A DNA stretch of 63,781 bases, filler included, from Phoronis australis (Eukaryota > Animalia > Phoronida), in assembly GCA_002633005.1 (NCBI GenBank). It is 6 parts of 6 records of this genome, joined end to end, with 100 filler letters (N's around TTAATTAATTAA, not from the genome) between each part and the next. Parts side by side here need not be neighbours in the genome. Positions count along the whole stretch, not along the records: positions 45,520 to 60,372 come from NMRA01000824.1; positions 60,473 to 63,781 come from NMRA01003096.1; 4 more parts are not named here. One strand, written 5' to 3'. The position numbers and the translations under genes were made by a program. Under the pieces are notes generated by a model. The model ran no database searches and was not told the DNA's origin. It was given only the letters and a program-made list of their open reading frames with translations. Of this stretch, positions 50,578 to 63,122 are shown in pieces. Numbering within the stretch: position 1 is the stretch's first letter; each line of letters begins with the position of its first letter.

Positions 50578-53500
50578 AGAAAATAGTTTGCCAATAATGT
50601 GTAATATTATGAAAAATCTGCAGTCAACAAGAACAACATTTGGGACGTGTTAAATGCCAGGTATGCACTTGTTAAGATCCCCGGCTTCATGTGGCTCCGA
50701 ATCCCACAAATGCCGTGTAGTATTTTGTGGCATTTATATGGAAATGTATATCGAAGATAGCAGCAGTTGACTGCTAGACAGCATACTCTCTTTACTACAG
50801 TTATGTGTAATTCTAGACATTGTTCTCCAAAATGGTGTTAGGATTTGCTTTTAAACTGTTCCATTTTGCATAAGATGCTACCTGTATATCGAAAACAGTT
50901 CCATAAAACAAAATGAAACGATGATGCAGTAAACTGCAGTAACATTTTGAAATCTTGAAATCTTGAATGTTTTTGAAAAAAATGGGCATGCTATTGATAT
51001 AGTTGTTTTACTATGAATGTACACAAGGACGGCCATAAATTGGTGTGCAAAACGATGGTGGAGTTGTAACTCGCGAAAATGCCAACAAAGCTCAAGTTGA
51101 TGTACAAAGAATTTAAGGACGTTTCTTACCAAACTATCGAGTTGTATTTCATTGATAAAGTTTGGCGTTAGATGGAATCCTACAGGTTTCCATTGTGTAC
51201 TATCTACATTTTTTCAAGTGATGGGTATTCCCTTTTTAGGTCTGCAGAATTCATAATTATTTGTTTTCCTCTCTTGGACTGTTTTGAACAACCAAAAATT
51301 TGTGTGCATCTGGTAGTTGAGCCTGACAAGGGGATCAGTTATGTCATCCCGGCAGCAGTATTTACACTCAAAACAGGTTATAAATTGGTGCACCCAGACT
51401 TTGGAGAGTAATCCCAAAATATGGGACCAAATTTTGTTGTCCAGTACGTCAGTATACTTTTTCAGCATTTAGGTTTGTTCTACTAATACAGGAAAATTTT
51501 GTTAGACAATTCAGCGGTCAGGGGTTCATTTTAATTTAACTAACCACAAAAATCGTATGCCATTAAAATCAGCTGATTTTGGGGGGATGACTGCTAAGAA
51601 GGTTACCTTCGCAATATCCTCTCTCAGCTTTTCACTTACTTTATTGGTAATGGTACCATGAATCTTCTATCTATCATGAAACTGCTTACAATTTTCTGCT
51701 ACTCTGTAAATTTTAATCACTGTTTCATTCACACCATTTGTTAAATAAATGACGTAATGACTGTAGTTGTAAAAGTATGCCGCACTAAAAAGCAATACCA
51801 CAATCGAAACAGATGAACATCATAGGGTACACGCGTGAGGCATGTGCCTAGTTGCAGTGTCCTTACCCGTTGTTGTACAGTATTGTTTGGACAAACTTGA
51901 TGGTTTGTTCCTCCGTTGCAAAATGTGGGTAAAATTGTTGTTTACAGCGTAGTTTTACAGAAAAGACCTGGTCGTACAACCCAATCAATGGCAGGTTGGT
52001 GTTTAGTCAAGAATTGAAATTATGCAAAACTTCTTACTATCATAAAATGTACAGTTTTACTGGTTAAATGCTGTTTAGTGGACATCCAACTGTGACATTG
52101 TGATGAGGCTAAACATATATCCTTAAATCTAGGTTTAGTGGGAATGCATCATTCATCACTGCACTACTCAGTAACAGGTGCCTCGTTTTTATAGCGATGT
52201 AATGAAAAATAAACATCAGATGTAAAGGTTACCAGTTTTTGCAAAGTTTCCTTTCTAAGCTGAATAAAGACTGATTGAGAACATGCATGAGAAATTATAA
52301 GCTAACAGGCCTGCAAAAAACTTACTAGAAGAGATAAGTACTTAGTCAGCCTCATCAGCAGTAGGAGTATTGCGTATGTTAGTATTTTGAAATCAAACAA
52401 TATCCTAAGACCCATTCGCTTAGCGAAACTTTGTCAAGCTGTAGTTCTTTCATTAAACTTGTTTTGGTGATTCCTACCAATCCTGGTTTTGTCCCCTGCT
52501 AATGTAGTATAGGTCCAGCGATAAAATCAGGATCCAAGTTAAAACATATATTCACTGTGACAATGGTTGGCTCTCAGTGAATGGTCTGTCCCTGCAGTTT
52601 TTTGACTTGCCTGAAGCGCAGGTCAAGCTTGTCCATTTAGCTCACTTTGTGAGATATAAAAATTTGCTCCAAACTTTTGAGGATAGACGAGGGTTAAAGA
52701 GCATTGTGTTGTTTTACTGGATTGGATGTGTAAGTCGTTGATATGCATTAATAGGCCAAAACCAGGTTTAGTGACCTTTTAATTTGATAGATAAAAGTAG
52801 AACAGGAAGTGTGCCTTTATTAAATTCACCGTGGATTCTAAAGTCTTTTGAGAAGACCAAACATCATTTTAACTTTACATTAATTTCCGCCAGGGAGCTA
52901 ACACCATGAATAGACAAACTCACTTGCATACTTTAGCCAGAATCGCTTTAACAGGCATCGCTTTAATGAACATCGCTTTAGTTATCAGTCATGATTACTG
53001 AACACATTTATTTAGATTCTACTTAATATCAAACTAATAACCTTTTCAGGCTTTTCAACTGGTTTGCTGATTACATCCGGACCAATGACATAACCTGCTT
53101 ACTCAATGTGATAGACTGCTGATGACCACCTCATTCCTATGTTATAGGACTGTATTCTTGCATTTAGTCAATAAGCACTCCCCTGGGACTAGGCTGTGTT
53201 TCCCTTTATTTGGTTATTATTATTTGCAAATTGGCTGCCAGCATTGATTCTGGGTCTATCATCAATTACCAATGTTATGTCTTAAACACTTAATGCCCTG
53301 TGTGTTTTATGGTGTACCACTGTGTTATGTATTAGGTTTAGAAGTCAATTTGCACCTTGATTTCAGATGTTGACTTATTGTATTGGAGGGTATTTGTAGA
53401 CATAGTTTTGTTAAGATGTGTGTTTTTACCTTAGTTCTGTTATCGTGACCAGGTTAGTCGGATTCTCACCGTTTTCTCAAGCCTTAACACTAAAAAATCA

Positions 53501-53750
53501 AGTTTGCAGCAGTAACGGACTTGAGCCACATATTATTAAGCAATTGGTGATTTCCACTTGCTCTATAGCACAGGTGCTTAAATTGCAATATGCAGGTGTA
53601 GGTCCTTCCATTTTCGTATGCTATTTGGAAGCCCTAGTGCTAAATTGTGGCTTAGCCAAATGAACACAACACGGAGATTGCCTTATAACTCATGTGAGTG
53701 CATATTGCCATCTCATTGCTGGTGTCAGAGTCTAAGAGTATCTCTTGCAG

Positions 53751-53824
53751 GATCTTTAGGAGATGAAGTTGATGACAAACGAATACGAGATTGGAACCGA
53801 TCCAACTACAACTCTGTGCCCTTG
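53751..53824 (+). CDS. Candidate internal exon (GSLGDEVDDKRIRDWNRSNYNSVPL), unidentified gene
   Basis: Good acceptor tctcttgcag, protein-like composition, weak donor TTG|gtgtca. Confidence 0.35.
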
Positions 53825-54305
53825 GTGTCAAGTTTATTTTTATTATTTTTACGTTTGCCACTGTTTCTTTTGAGTTCCTTGATAGATTTTCATAAAATTT
53901 GGCAAATAAGATCTGAAACAATATGAGCAAATGGTCACGACCATTATTGCTTGGCTGTTGGTGTTGCATGATATACGACTATTTTCCTGATGATGGTTTT
54001 TAGATTGAAATCAAAATGTTGACCAACTTGTTTATATCTGCGCCCATAACTAAATCTGATTGTTAGTGATTCCGTTGCCAGGAGCTGATGACATATGTCG
54101 TGCGTACTACTAGTTGAAGTGGACCGATGTCAGTAAATAGGATGCTTAATAACAGGGAATAATCTGCCATGCTCCTTCAAAGGTTATCTTGGTATACTGG
54201 TAGATTTTGCATCAGGTGTTTTGCTGAAATTTACCTTAATGACGTCTGCCACACTTAGAGTTACATGCCTGCTTTAATGCATCGGAAGGTTTGCAATCCA
54301 CATAG

Positions 54306-56254
54306 TTATGCTCCCACGTATTTATATGTGGGAGCATATTGCCGTAATCTCTGTCTGGGCGTCCGGCGTCGGCAGCTGTATCTCCTAAACCCCTCTCAGG
54401 ATCTTAATGAGATTTGGCAGGTGTGTTCCTATAAAGTTGACCACGGATTACGACATCTTTTGTACTGGTCCGACTACAGCTATGCCCCCTAGTGGCAATT
54501 TTAGTTTTTGCGTTTGCCTCTGTACCTTTGTAATTCTTAGATGGATTTTCGTGAAGTTTGGCAATTAGGTTTCTATTATGAAGGCGACGACACCTTTACA
54601 TTTTCGAACGTTTTTAAAAACTCTACGGTACCTAGTGGTTTTTTCGAATTTTTTAGTTTGTTTTTTGGCATCCGCTTTTCTATCTGCCAAACCTCTTGAA
54701 GGATCATTATGAAAATTGGCAAGTGTGTCTTTGATGAAGGGAATGCAGTTGACGTTGATTTTTGGGCGTGTTTGACTACTCTGACGTCCCTTAGTGGAGA
54801 TTTTGTTTCATTTTGCGTCCACGGCTGAATCTCCTTAACCCTTTGCAGGAAGTTTGTGAAGTTTTGCAGATATGTTTCTCAGTATGGATTTGAAAACATG
54901 ATGACGAGTTTCAGCATAATCCAACGAATGGTGTGTCCCTTTGTGGCAATTTTATTTTTTTACGTTTTCCTGTGTATCTTCGGAGTTCATTGATTGATTT
55001 TCATGGAACTTGATAGTTAGGTTTCTGTTAAAGTGACGACAATGCCTTTTCATTTTCGGACAGATTTTACATATTATGTGCCTCCTGGTGGTGATTTTTA
55101 GCAGTTTCGAGTCCATTTTTGGCGTCCGTCTCTCTATCTGCTAAACTACTTGGAGGACCGTTGTGAAAATTGGCAGATGCATGAGGGCGTTCTCCCGTTC
55201 AGTGACTTTACCAGACGTTGAGGGTTGTGAGCCTGTAATAACATCTAGCTCCTTTGTTAACTGCCAGGCACAGTCTTTTGTCTGGTATGACAACAGGGAG
55301 ACCAATTATCTACCAGGCTTATTACAAACCACATGTGAACGCAGTCAAACACAGAGTGAATTGATGCATTTGGAAAGAATATTGTCGTAACTTCGGTACC
55401 GTTGTAGTTGGGTTATTGTGAAGATTCAAAAACTAAACATGATCACCATTTGACGAGGATTTCAGAAATGCTATTGGTTTACGTTCAAATATGTTATAAC
55501 TTAACTTTTATTTTTAACAGCACAGCCCAGTCAGGCTAGACAGGATCTTATTGGAGATTAGAGCAAGTAATTTATCGAACAAAAGAGAGCTGGCCCTGCA
55601 ACCATAAATGCCAGAATGGAGTTAATCAGTCGTGCAAGATATTGGACACATTCAGCTACCACTATGCAGGGTAGTGGCAGTTTTAGTTGTTTACGTTTGC
55701 CTCTGTATTTTTGGAGTTCATCGATAGATTTTCGTGAAATTTGGAAAATAGGTCTCTGTTAGGAGATGATGGTAGTCTTCCATTTTCATATGGATTTGAT
55801 GTATTTATGCATCACCTAGGGGCTATTTTATTTTTGGAGTGCCTTTTTTGTTCCTGATAAGAAGACGTCGATTTGTGGACGGATATGCCAACTGTGACAC
55901 TTCCTGGTGGCGATTTTTGTCTTTGTTGTTTCCTCGGCTGTACCTCCTTACTCCTTTGAAGGATCTTTGTGAAATTTTGCAGGAATTAGTTTTATATTAT
56001 AAATGTGACTACGGGTGCCTAAGACTTTTGGACGGTTCTAACTACCGCATGGCAATTTTAGTTTTTATATTTGAGTATACACCTACGTTATCTTAAGAGT
56101 CCTTTAACAGTTTCTGTCATGATGGTGATAGCATCTATCCATTTTGGGATGTATTTGACGTATTCTGTGCTACCTGGTGTCCATTTTTTGATGATTATAA
56201 ACACCCCTAGAAGCACACTGTTGCGTTGCTGTCAAGGCTCTGCGTTGCTTTTGT
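54306..56254 (+). mobile_element. Diverged HINE copy interrupted by unrelated sequence (about 55180-55670), or two partial copies
   Basis: 5' hairpin ATGCTCCCACGTATTTATATGTGGGAGCAT, CCTAGTGG units, 3' end AAACACCCCTAGAAGCACACTG...GCTCTGCGTTGCTTTTGTT. Confidence 0.7.
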
Positions 56255-56392
56255 TTTATGTTTGTTTTTGTGTGGAGAAGAGTGCATAACATCTGGTATC
56301 TCTTTTCTGTTTGCTATTTTAAGTTTTAGAGCCCCATACAATGTCATATTTTAAAACCTTCGTTTTGGTGCATGTTTTGAGGTGGCCGAGCC

Positions 56393-56427
<35 letters not shown>

Positions 56428-56920
56428 ACTGCAAGTTAGCGTTTCTGATAATGCCAATAAATAAAATTCTTTGTTTTTGTCAACCGCAACGCAGTTTGAA
56501 GTTTTTATCAAGGACTGTACCTGTATTTTTTATTTTATTTCATTACTTGTAAGATAAAATTTCTGTCGGAATAGCTCTGGATCTAGAGGTGCTTGTGACC
56601 TGTGGGCTTGACTACTTAAGCTTCATTGTGTGATTTAATAATCCATCCAGTGATGTTATTAGATAAATTAAATTGACCCACAAAGCTATTACTAGAGCTA
56701 TTATTGCCCGTCTTCCTGATTGAGGATCATTGATTTTGTTACAGACTAGTAGGCCTGAAGTTGGCATTTAAAGATTTTCTATTAATAATCAGTGGTAGCT
56801 TTTGCATCTGTTCTTGTTTTTTCCAAGGCTGTTCTGATACTGAACTGTTAACTTCATAACATCAATCAGTGACTAAAGCTAGTGTAGTTTTATGTTTCTA
56901 AGTAGTAATTTAAAACACGT

Positions 56921-57632
56921 TTTATGAGCCCACACATTTATATGTTGATGCATTTTGCCGTCATCCACGTCCGGCGTATGCTGCTCTATCTTCAAAACCT
57001 TTTGATGTATGTTCATGAAATTTTGCACATGTGTTTCTTTCATAAGTCCCGTCCGACATCAACTTTTGGCACGGAGCAAATTGATCGGTGTCAAGCGGCT
57101 GTTTACACATATAACTCACTAACTGTGGCAACTGAAGACGGAAGCTTTAGGCTGGAGAGTGGAATGCACATGTGCTGGTTTTCAAATAGCTAGAGTTGCA
57201 GAGATAGAGAACCCGTATATAGGTCATTGCTCAAGCGCAGTAGAGATGATCCTTTCCGCCTTGCCCCAGTTTCGCGTTTAGACATATAATGGACACGGTG
57301 CAAGATGATCGAGCGCACTCACAGACAAAAGTTGTCACCGTGGTGTCAATTTGCTCCCTATCAGTCCCATTTACACGCATACTTGCACTGGAACATCCTG
57401 TATGTGTCAGCTGATCCATGTCAACTTTTGTAGTGTAAACGGCACTATAGTTAGGATGACATGAGTGAACTTTCCGACGGATTCAACTATCTGTGTGGCA
57501 ATTTAGTTTTTTTATGTTTACCTCTTCAAAGGTCCTCAACGAATTTCCATATGATACAAATAAACAACCCTAGAAGCACACTGTTTGTGGTGCAATCATG
57601 GGCGCATTTCAATGCTCCACGTTGCTCTTGTT
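56921..57632 (+). mobile_element. Internally deleted HINE carrying a nested MITE-like insert (about 57046-57450)
   Basis: 5' TTTATGAGCCCACAC and 3' TGGGCGCATTTCAATGCTCCACGTTGCTCTTGTT. The insert has inverted GGAGCAAATTGA/TCAATTTGCTCC and CAACTTTTG/CAAAAGTTG motifs. Confidence 0.7.
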
Positions 57633-60372
57633 ACAATGTGGTATGCTTATGTTGGTAAACTGTTGTCTAATGAAACTGGGCTCCTTTCATTAGGTGGCAC
57701 TACTAGTATTGCTGTGACTTGTTTATGTTAAAGATGGACATCTTAGGAACTATAGTAGGTATCTTTATGGTTATTAATGTCAGCTGATGTGATTCCAGCC
57801 AAATTAGCCAAGTGGACTACATCAGTCCCATGTATTTATACTTCAGTTATAAATTCCTGAAGATACCCACCAACCATTTATAATATCGTACTGTTGCCTA
57901 CAAGAATATCTCATCATTGATTGAGTCAAGTTTGCCATACTTGTCTTTTGAAAACTCACACAGGAGCAGCTTTCAACTTTCTGTTTTTCAAAGCCTCAAA
58001 TTAATTTTTTGCTTTTAAAATCGCACAATTGATAGCTGTAGATTTGTCCTCTGAACTGTTGCATGTTCACATCATGCAGTAGCTTGCAAGTTAAAGACTA
58101 ATAATGAATATGATAAAAGTTCTTCGGTTTTGGGCTCTAATATGTCAGACAGGTGAAATTTCATTTTGTAAATAAATTCTCTGTGAAAATGAAACAAATT
58201 TATTTTTTTACAGTTGTCTCCAAACAGCACTTTGTGGTAAATTTCCAGCATAGGCGTCAATGTAATAAGTCCTTAATAAATTGAAAAAAATAGTTTTTTG
58301 CAATTAAAAATTGAATTTTTACCATATCCACTTTTCCATTGTAAATAAAAGAACATAGATGGACCAGAATTGTCCATTACAACTTTTAAATTTTTTTCTT
58401 TATGCTTTCCTCTTATCCATCATAACGGAATAAATGATGACAGCTCAAGACAAAATTGTCAAGAAATGAAATGATTTGGTATAATTAATTGTGAGCTTTC
58501 GTGTTTCAGACTGGAAACTCAGTTAGAAAACTGAAGAACTGCATCATCAGCGATTCATTCTACATGACAAGGTATAGTGTTAACAAAAGCTTATGATAGG
58601 ACTCTGATGATGTTTATTGACACTGCAATTTGGTGCACAATCAGTTGTTATACTTTCATGTTTACTACTCAGCATATTAACCTTCACTAGTTTATCTACA
58701 ACATGTGTTTGTATCTTTCTAAGTGGTCAATACAATATGGCAGGTGGATTGTTTATATTACCGTATGTTCAAGTGCGTGGCGTCTGATTTAGATATGGTT
58801 AAAAAACAATGTGTTCCATATGTGTGCATCCATATGCACGCACACGCACACACACACACAGTGATGCTTATATGTTTATTAAAAGAAATATATTGTTATC
58901 TAAAAAAGAGGTATTTTACTTGATCCTTAGGATTTAATTGCAAAACATGAAATACGTGTGAGGTTATTTTTATTAGAACCATTCAACAAACCACTGGCAC
59001 TACTATATGTTGTGTTAATTAGAAGGAACATTAGCAACTCGACTCGTTTCACGTCACCTTGTACAGGGTGTTTCTCCCAAACTAGGCCCCAAACGTTTGC
59101 TATCATTTTTTCTACTTGAGCTAGGTACGCGAAACTTTTGCATTAACCTGCGCAATTCTACTGTGAACAAACGTAGCATGCATTGCAAAAACATTGTTCA
59201 ATGCTACTTATCAGTGTTTTCTAGGCAGTGTCAATTTCATGGATGTATTACTCAGAGCAGTTTGTGTTTTTTCAACTTTCGAAAGTCATATCGAATTTTA
59301 CTTACGGTAAAGTCGCGTGATTTTCGGACGGCCCGCCGTTTTCGACCAAGAATAAATATTTCCGAAATGAGTTTTTCATGGTCCACGAAATTCGTACAAG
59401 GTCCAAAAACTGTTTTTCAATGATCCTCGAATTTCGGACAATGTCATAAACGTCGGATTTTTGTCCCGCGACTTTCGGACAAGGAAAATTTTAGAAACGC
59501 TAATTTAGGATCGGCGCAACTCCCGTGTCACTAAAGCGTTCAACGGATGATTACTACTCGATAAGGCTTGAATCTGAGAATTGGGGTAACGGGCTTTGTA
59601 ATTTTTACCTTGTCTTGACGATGTCATGACCGTTACTCGATTGTCTTGCGTTTAGCTTGAGTTTGGCGCTTTAGCTATGAAAAAAGTCACCGAGTCTCGC
59701 ATGACGAAAATTTCTGATGAAAATACAAATGGGAAATACACGGAAGGCTGCAGTTTTTCGTTGTAGCGTAACATGTGCTCTGGTTTAATTAGACCGTGTT
59801 GTTCAACTTCCGACTGTGACATTGAACTTGCACGCCTCAACTTGCGTGTTTACGAAGCGTTTTTATTTTTAAAACGTCCTGGCCTTTGCAAATGCCCTTG
59901 TTAGTGGCTAAAATCTCCCGACGACGTGTCTGGATTTTATTCTTGACGTGATGAGAAATATTTTTTGTTTAGGCCCCCATACACAATAGGTCACAGCTAA
60001 GTATGTCCGTAGGATATCGCGCGTTCAAAGTAGTGTAGATAGTGAACAGCAGCAGCCGAATGAGACGGAGCCAAAGTAAAACTGGTTAAAAATCAAACAT
60101 AGCGCAAGGCCCAGCACTCAGAAAGGGGCGCGGCGCACACGCAATTGTTACAGAGACATTGCATCCCTGTCCTATGTTGTGTAAGTGCCGGTGTGCTATA
60201 ACACATATCAAAAACTAATGTACATCCACGTAACCACGTTTCACTACCCTTACAAATTGTCTGCTGCTCTCTGATAAGCATCGCAGATGCAAGAATCTCG
60301 CTAAAGAAGATAGTGTGATCGTGTGCTTCGTTTGCAATGCCTCACCATACGTCTCGACGTCTTAAGTCTAGC

Positions 60373-60472
60373 NNNNNNNNNNNNNNNNNNNNNNNNNNNN
60401 NNNNNNNNNNNNNNNNTTAATTAATTAANNNNNNNNNNNNNNNNNNNNNNNNNNNNNNNNNNNNNNNNNNNN
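60373..60472. other. Artificial contig spacer
   Basis: 44N-TTAATTAATTAA-44N. Confidence 0.97.
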
Positions 60473-60699
60473 CCAGCAGGGGCGACTGAAGCATTCATTT
60501 GTTTATTGAGTTATTTAGATAGCTCACTGTGAGCAGTGTTCATACAGGCATGCCCATGATATGTACGTAATTCTCACTAGAGTAAAATGTGAAAAATTAA
60601 ATTTGCTACTGATGTCTCTGAAAGTCGTTACAGTTAATTCACTTCATAGAATAAACGCGCTAAATTTACAAGAGATTATCCGGGGTATGTAAGAGAAAC

Positions 60700-61143
60700 A
60701 GTCACAGAGGAAAAAACAAAACTGCCACTGTAGAGCACTGATATGTCCAAAAGTCACTGTCGGTCATGTTCTTCTCAGTGAAAACATATACAAATTTTCA
60801 TAATGATCCTTCATTTGGTTTGACAAGTCAGAGAGATGGGTACCAGAATAAAAATGGCCACCAGGTGGCGCAGAATTTGCCATAATCATCAGAAAATTGA
60901 AAGGCGTCAATACATTCTTAATAAATACCCGTATGACAATTTTGCCAGGCACCAGAGATACAGAGGCATTAGTGGCAAAAAAGCGATAGTCTGATTCGCG
61001 CGAAAAATTTCGCCATGCCATCCCATCGATAGAAACATGTAAGCAAAATTTCAGTAACAAAGTCCAGGGGTTCCATAGTGATAGTGAAGCAGTCAACGGA
61101 TGGGGACGATGGCATAATGCACTCGCAAAGATGTGGGTGCATA
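60700..61143 (-). mobile_element. Old HINE fragment (5' part)
   Basis: Reverse complement begins ATGCACCCACAT...GAGTGCATTATGCC and contains GCGCCACCTGGTGGCCATTTT. Confidence 0.55.
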
Positions 61144-61864
61144 GCAATGAAACAGAATGCTTATACTAGAACAAATTGACAAATATTAGCCAGTCAATCC
61201 CTGTTGTTAAGCATTTCCGCTAACAGCAGCTGCTTATATTGCATTAAATCCACCAGTTTCTTATGGCAAAGTTAATTTTATATCAAGAGACAATTTAAGC
61301 ATTGCTGCCACTGTCTGCCATTCACTTACTGGAAGTGTAGATGTTGGTGGGAAGGTCCAAAAGTACTTCGTTTTCATGCTATTTTCCATGTCAGTCAAGC
61401 AATTTATGATTGTATGCTTTTAAATTTTAAACGGTTGGTAGGATACGTGACTTGCATTTTCAGTTATCCCTTTTTAATGAGTTCACCCTTCGAAAGAAGG
61501 ATCATGGCGTTCATTGATCGAGCAAAGATTTTNGACTGTCTGATTCTAACAAAACTGTTATCTGTGTAAATGAAATTCTTAGAAGTTTTTATTTTATGCT
61601 TTCTCGCTCAAAAGTAGTAATCAATTGCTGTCGTTTATCGATTTTTGTTGTTCTGTAATCTTGTCAATCCCTGTGTTCTTAAACTCTAAATTATTGGCAA
61701 AGCGCGACTCAGAAGGTTTTGCTGCTGCATGAGATAGGACAATGGGAATTTTCTCAAAAATGTTTATTCAGTTGAGCTCAACTTACTGGATACTTGTTAA
61801 TTTGTAAACTGTGCACTTCAGAACTACATCCCTGAGTTTTGGAACATCTAACTTAACGTTTCAG

Positions 61865-62164
61865 AATCTTTTTGGCGAGAGGCATCTGACAACATTCCCA
61901 TACGAGCTATGTCGGTTTCTCATGGTTCATCTTGACGTATCCAACCCGTTGCATCGTGATTGGCGCGCTGTCGCTGAACACTTACGCATGGACACAGCCT
62001 TGGTAACGTGGGTGGAACAGCGACAGCAGAGCCCTACTATGTTCATACTCCAAGAATGGGAGAAACAAAGGCGATCGTTGGAGAGCTTCTACGAATTTAT
62101 GAAAAATCTAGATAGGCAAGATGTGGCATCGGAAGTTATGAAGTATCTTGCATCTGGACAGTGA
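61865..62164 (+). CDS. Terminal exon encoding a C-terminal death domain
   Basis: aacgtttcag|NLFGE...LDVSNPLHRDWRAVAEHLRM...QSPTMFILQEWEK...SLESFYEFMKNLDRQDVASEV...*. Death-fold hallmarks DWR.LA, SPT..LL..W and L.R.D. Confidence 0.88.
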   Translation, partial: NLFGERHLTTFPYELCRFLMVHLDVSNPLHRDWRAVAEHLRMDTALVTWVEQRQQSPTMFILQEWEKQRRSLESFYEFMKNLDRQDVASEVMKYLASGQ

Positions 62165-62717
62165 TCGGCAAATGATCAACCTGGAACAGCGAAGTAGGAT
62201 TTGCCGCAGCCATCTGCTTGTTGTCGGTTACACAACTTACAGTGTATTATGTTATAGACTGGATCCACCCGTTATACTCAAATGTCGGATAAATGGCACT
62301 TAAGTTGTTTTTGTCAGAAACTGAATTCGCTCCACTGTTCTCAGTTTTGATTTGAAAAGTGATGTTTGATCATGGTTTGCGTTGAAACAGCACTCATAAA
62401 AACTACCCTTTCGGCGTTCTATCACCGAATATTCTGGAAGGATTGTTTAAAATCTTCTTCAACAAATAACCTGAGAAGAATGTTTGTCAAAATTTAGTTG
62501 GGTTACTGTACGAGAGGCAAACACTCTAATTACAGTAGGAAACCAAGCTTAAAATCCAGTTGTCTAGCCACTGGTGGAGATTGTCCCACAACTTTTCAGT
62601 TAATTTCATGTTTAATGTTCAATTTAGACGATTTTAAATAAGGCTTTTGGTACCAATGCAATTCCTGATCAAGACTGGTGTCAAAGTCTAAGAATTCAGC
62701 TTGTTTCCTTCCTGAGG

Positions 62718-62842
62718 CATGGGCGGCGCAGCATAGGGGTCAGTGCTACGCCGCCCATGGTCTATAGGCGGTGCACCACAGGGGGGCTGAAGGGGCTTTA
62801 GCCCCCCCCCCCATCACTTTTCTCAGTGCTGCGCTGCCCATG
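62718..62842. mobile_element. Compound mini-MITE with CATGGGC(G/A)GCGCAGCA inverted repeats
   Basis: Hairpin at 62718-62759 plus a second unit ending TGCTGCGCTGCCCATG. TGAGG occurs on both flanks. Confidence 0.6.
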
Positions 62843-63049
62843 TGAGGGAGAGTTGGAGAATTTAGTTCCTTTGTTTTGATCTTGGCAAATTGCACGAGTT
62901 TTTGGCCTCGCTGTAAGATTGGGTTAAGCGTAAATGCAACTTCGATTTAAATTTGAACCTTAATGATGTGAAGGAAAGATTTAGTCTTCGCACACGCCAC
63001 ATGTTGGTCACAGTTCGAGACATGTAATTAAGTCTGTAATTAAGATCCA

Positions 63050-63122
63050 TGTCTCGACCGGGACTCGAAGCCAAGACTTTCTACTTACCGTGCAGGCCAT
63101 CTTGTCCACTGATGTATCCGGG
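63050..63122 (-). mobile_element. tRNA-derived SINE head
   Basis: Reverse complement CAGTGGACAAGATGG...GGCTTCGAGTCCCGGTCGAG with A- and B-box-like motifs, degenerate stems. Confidence 0.4.

Noticed and set aside
50878-51480. Possible second Tc1-like transposase relic (LNAEKYTDVLDNKIW)
   Set aside because: Only one weak motif; the DNA/PH and SPDLNPIE motifs were not recoverable.
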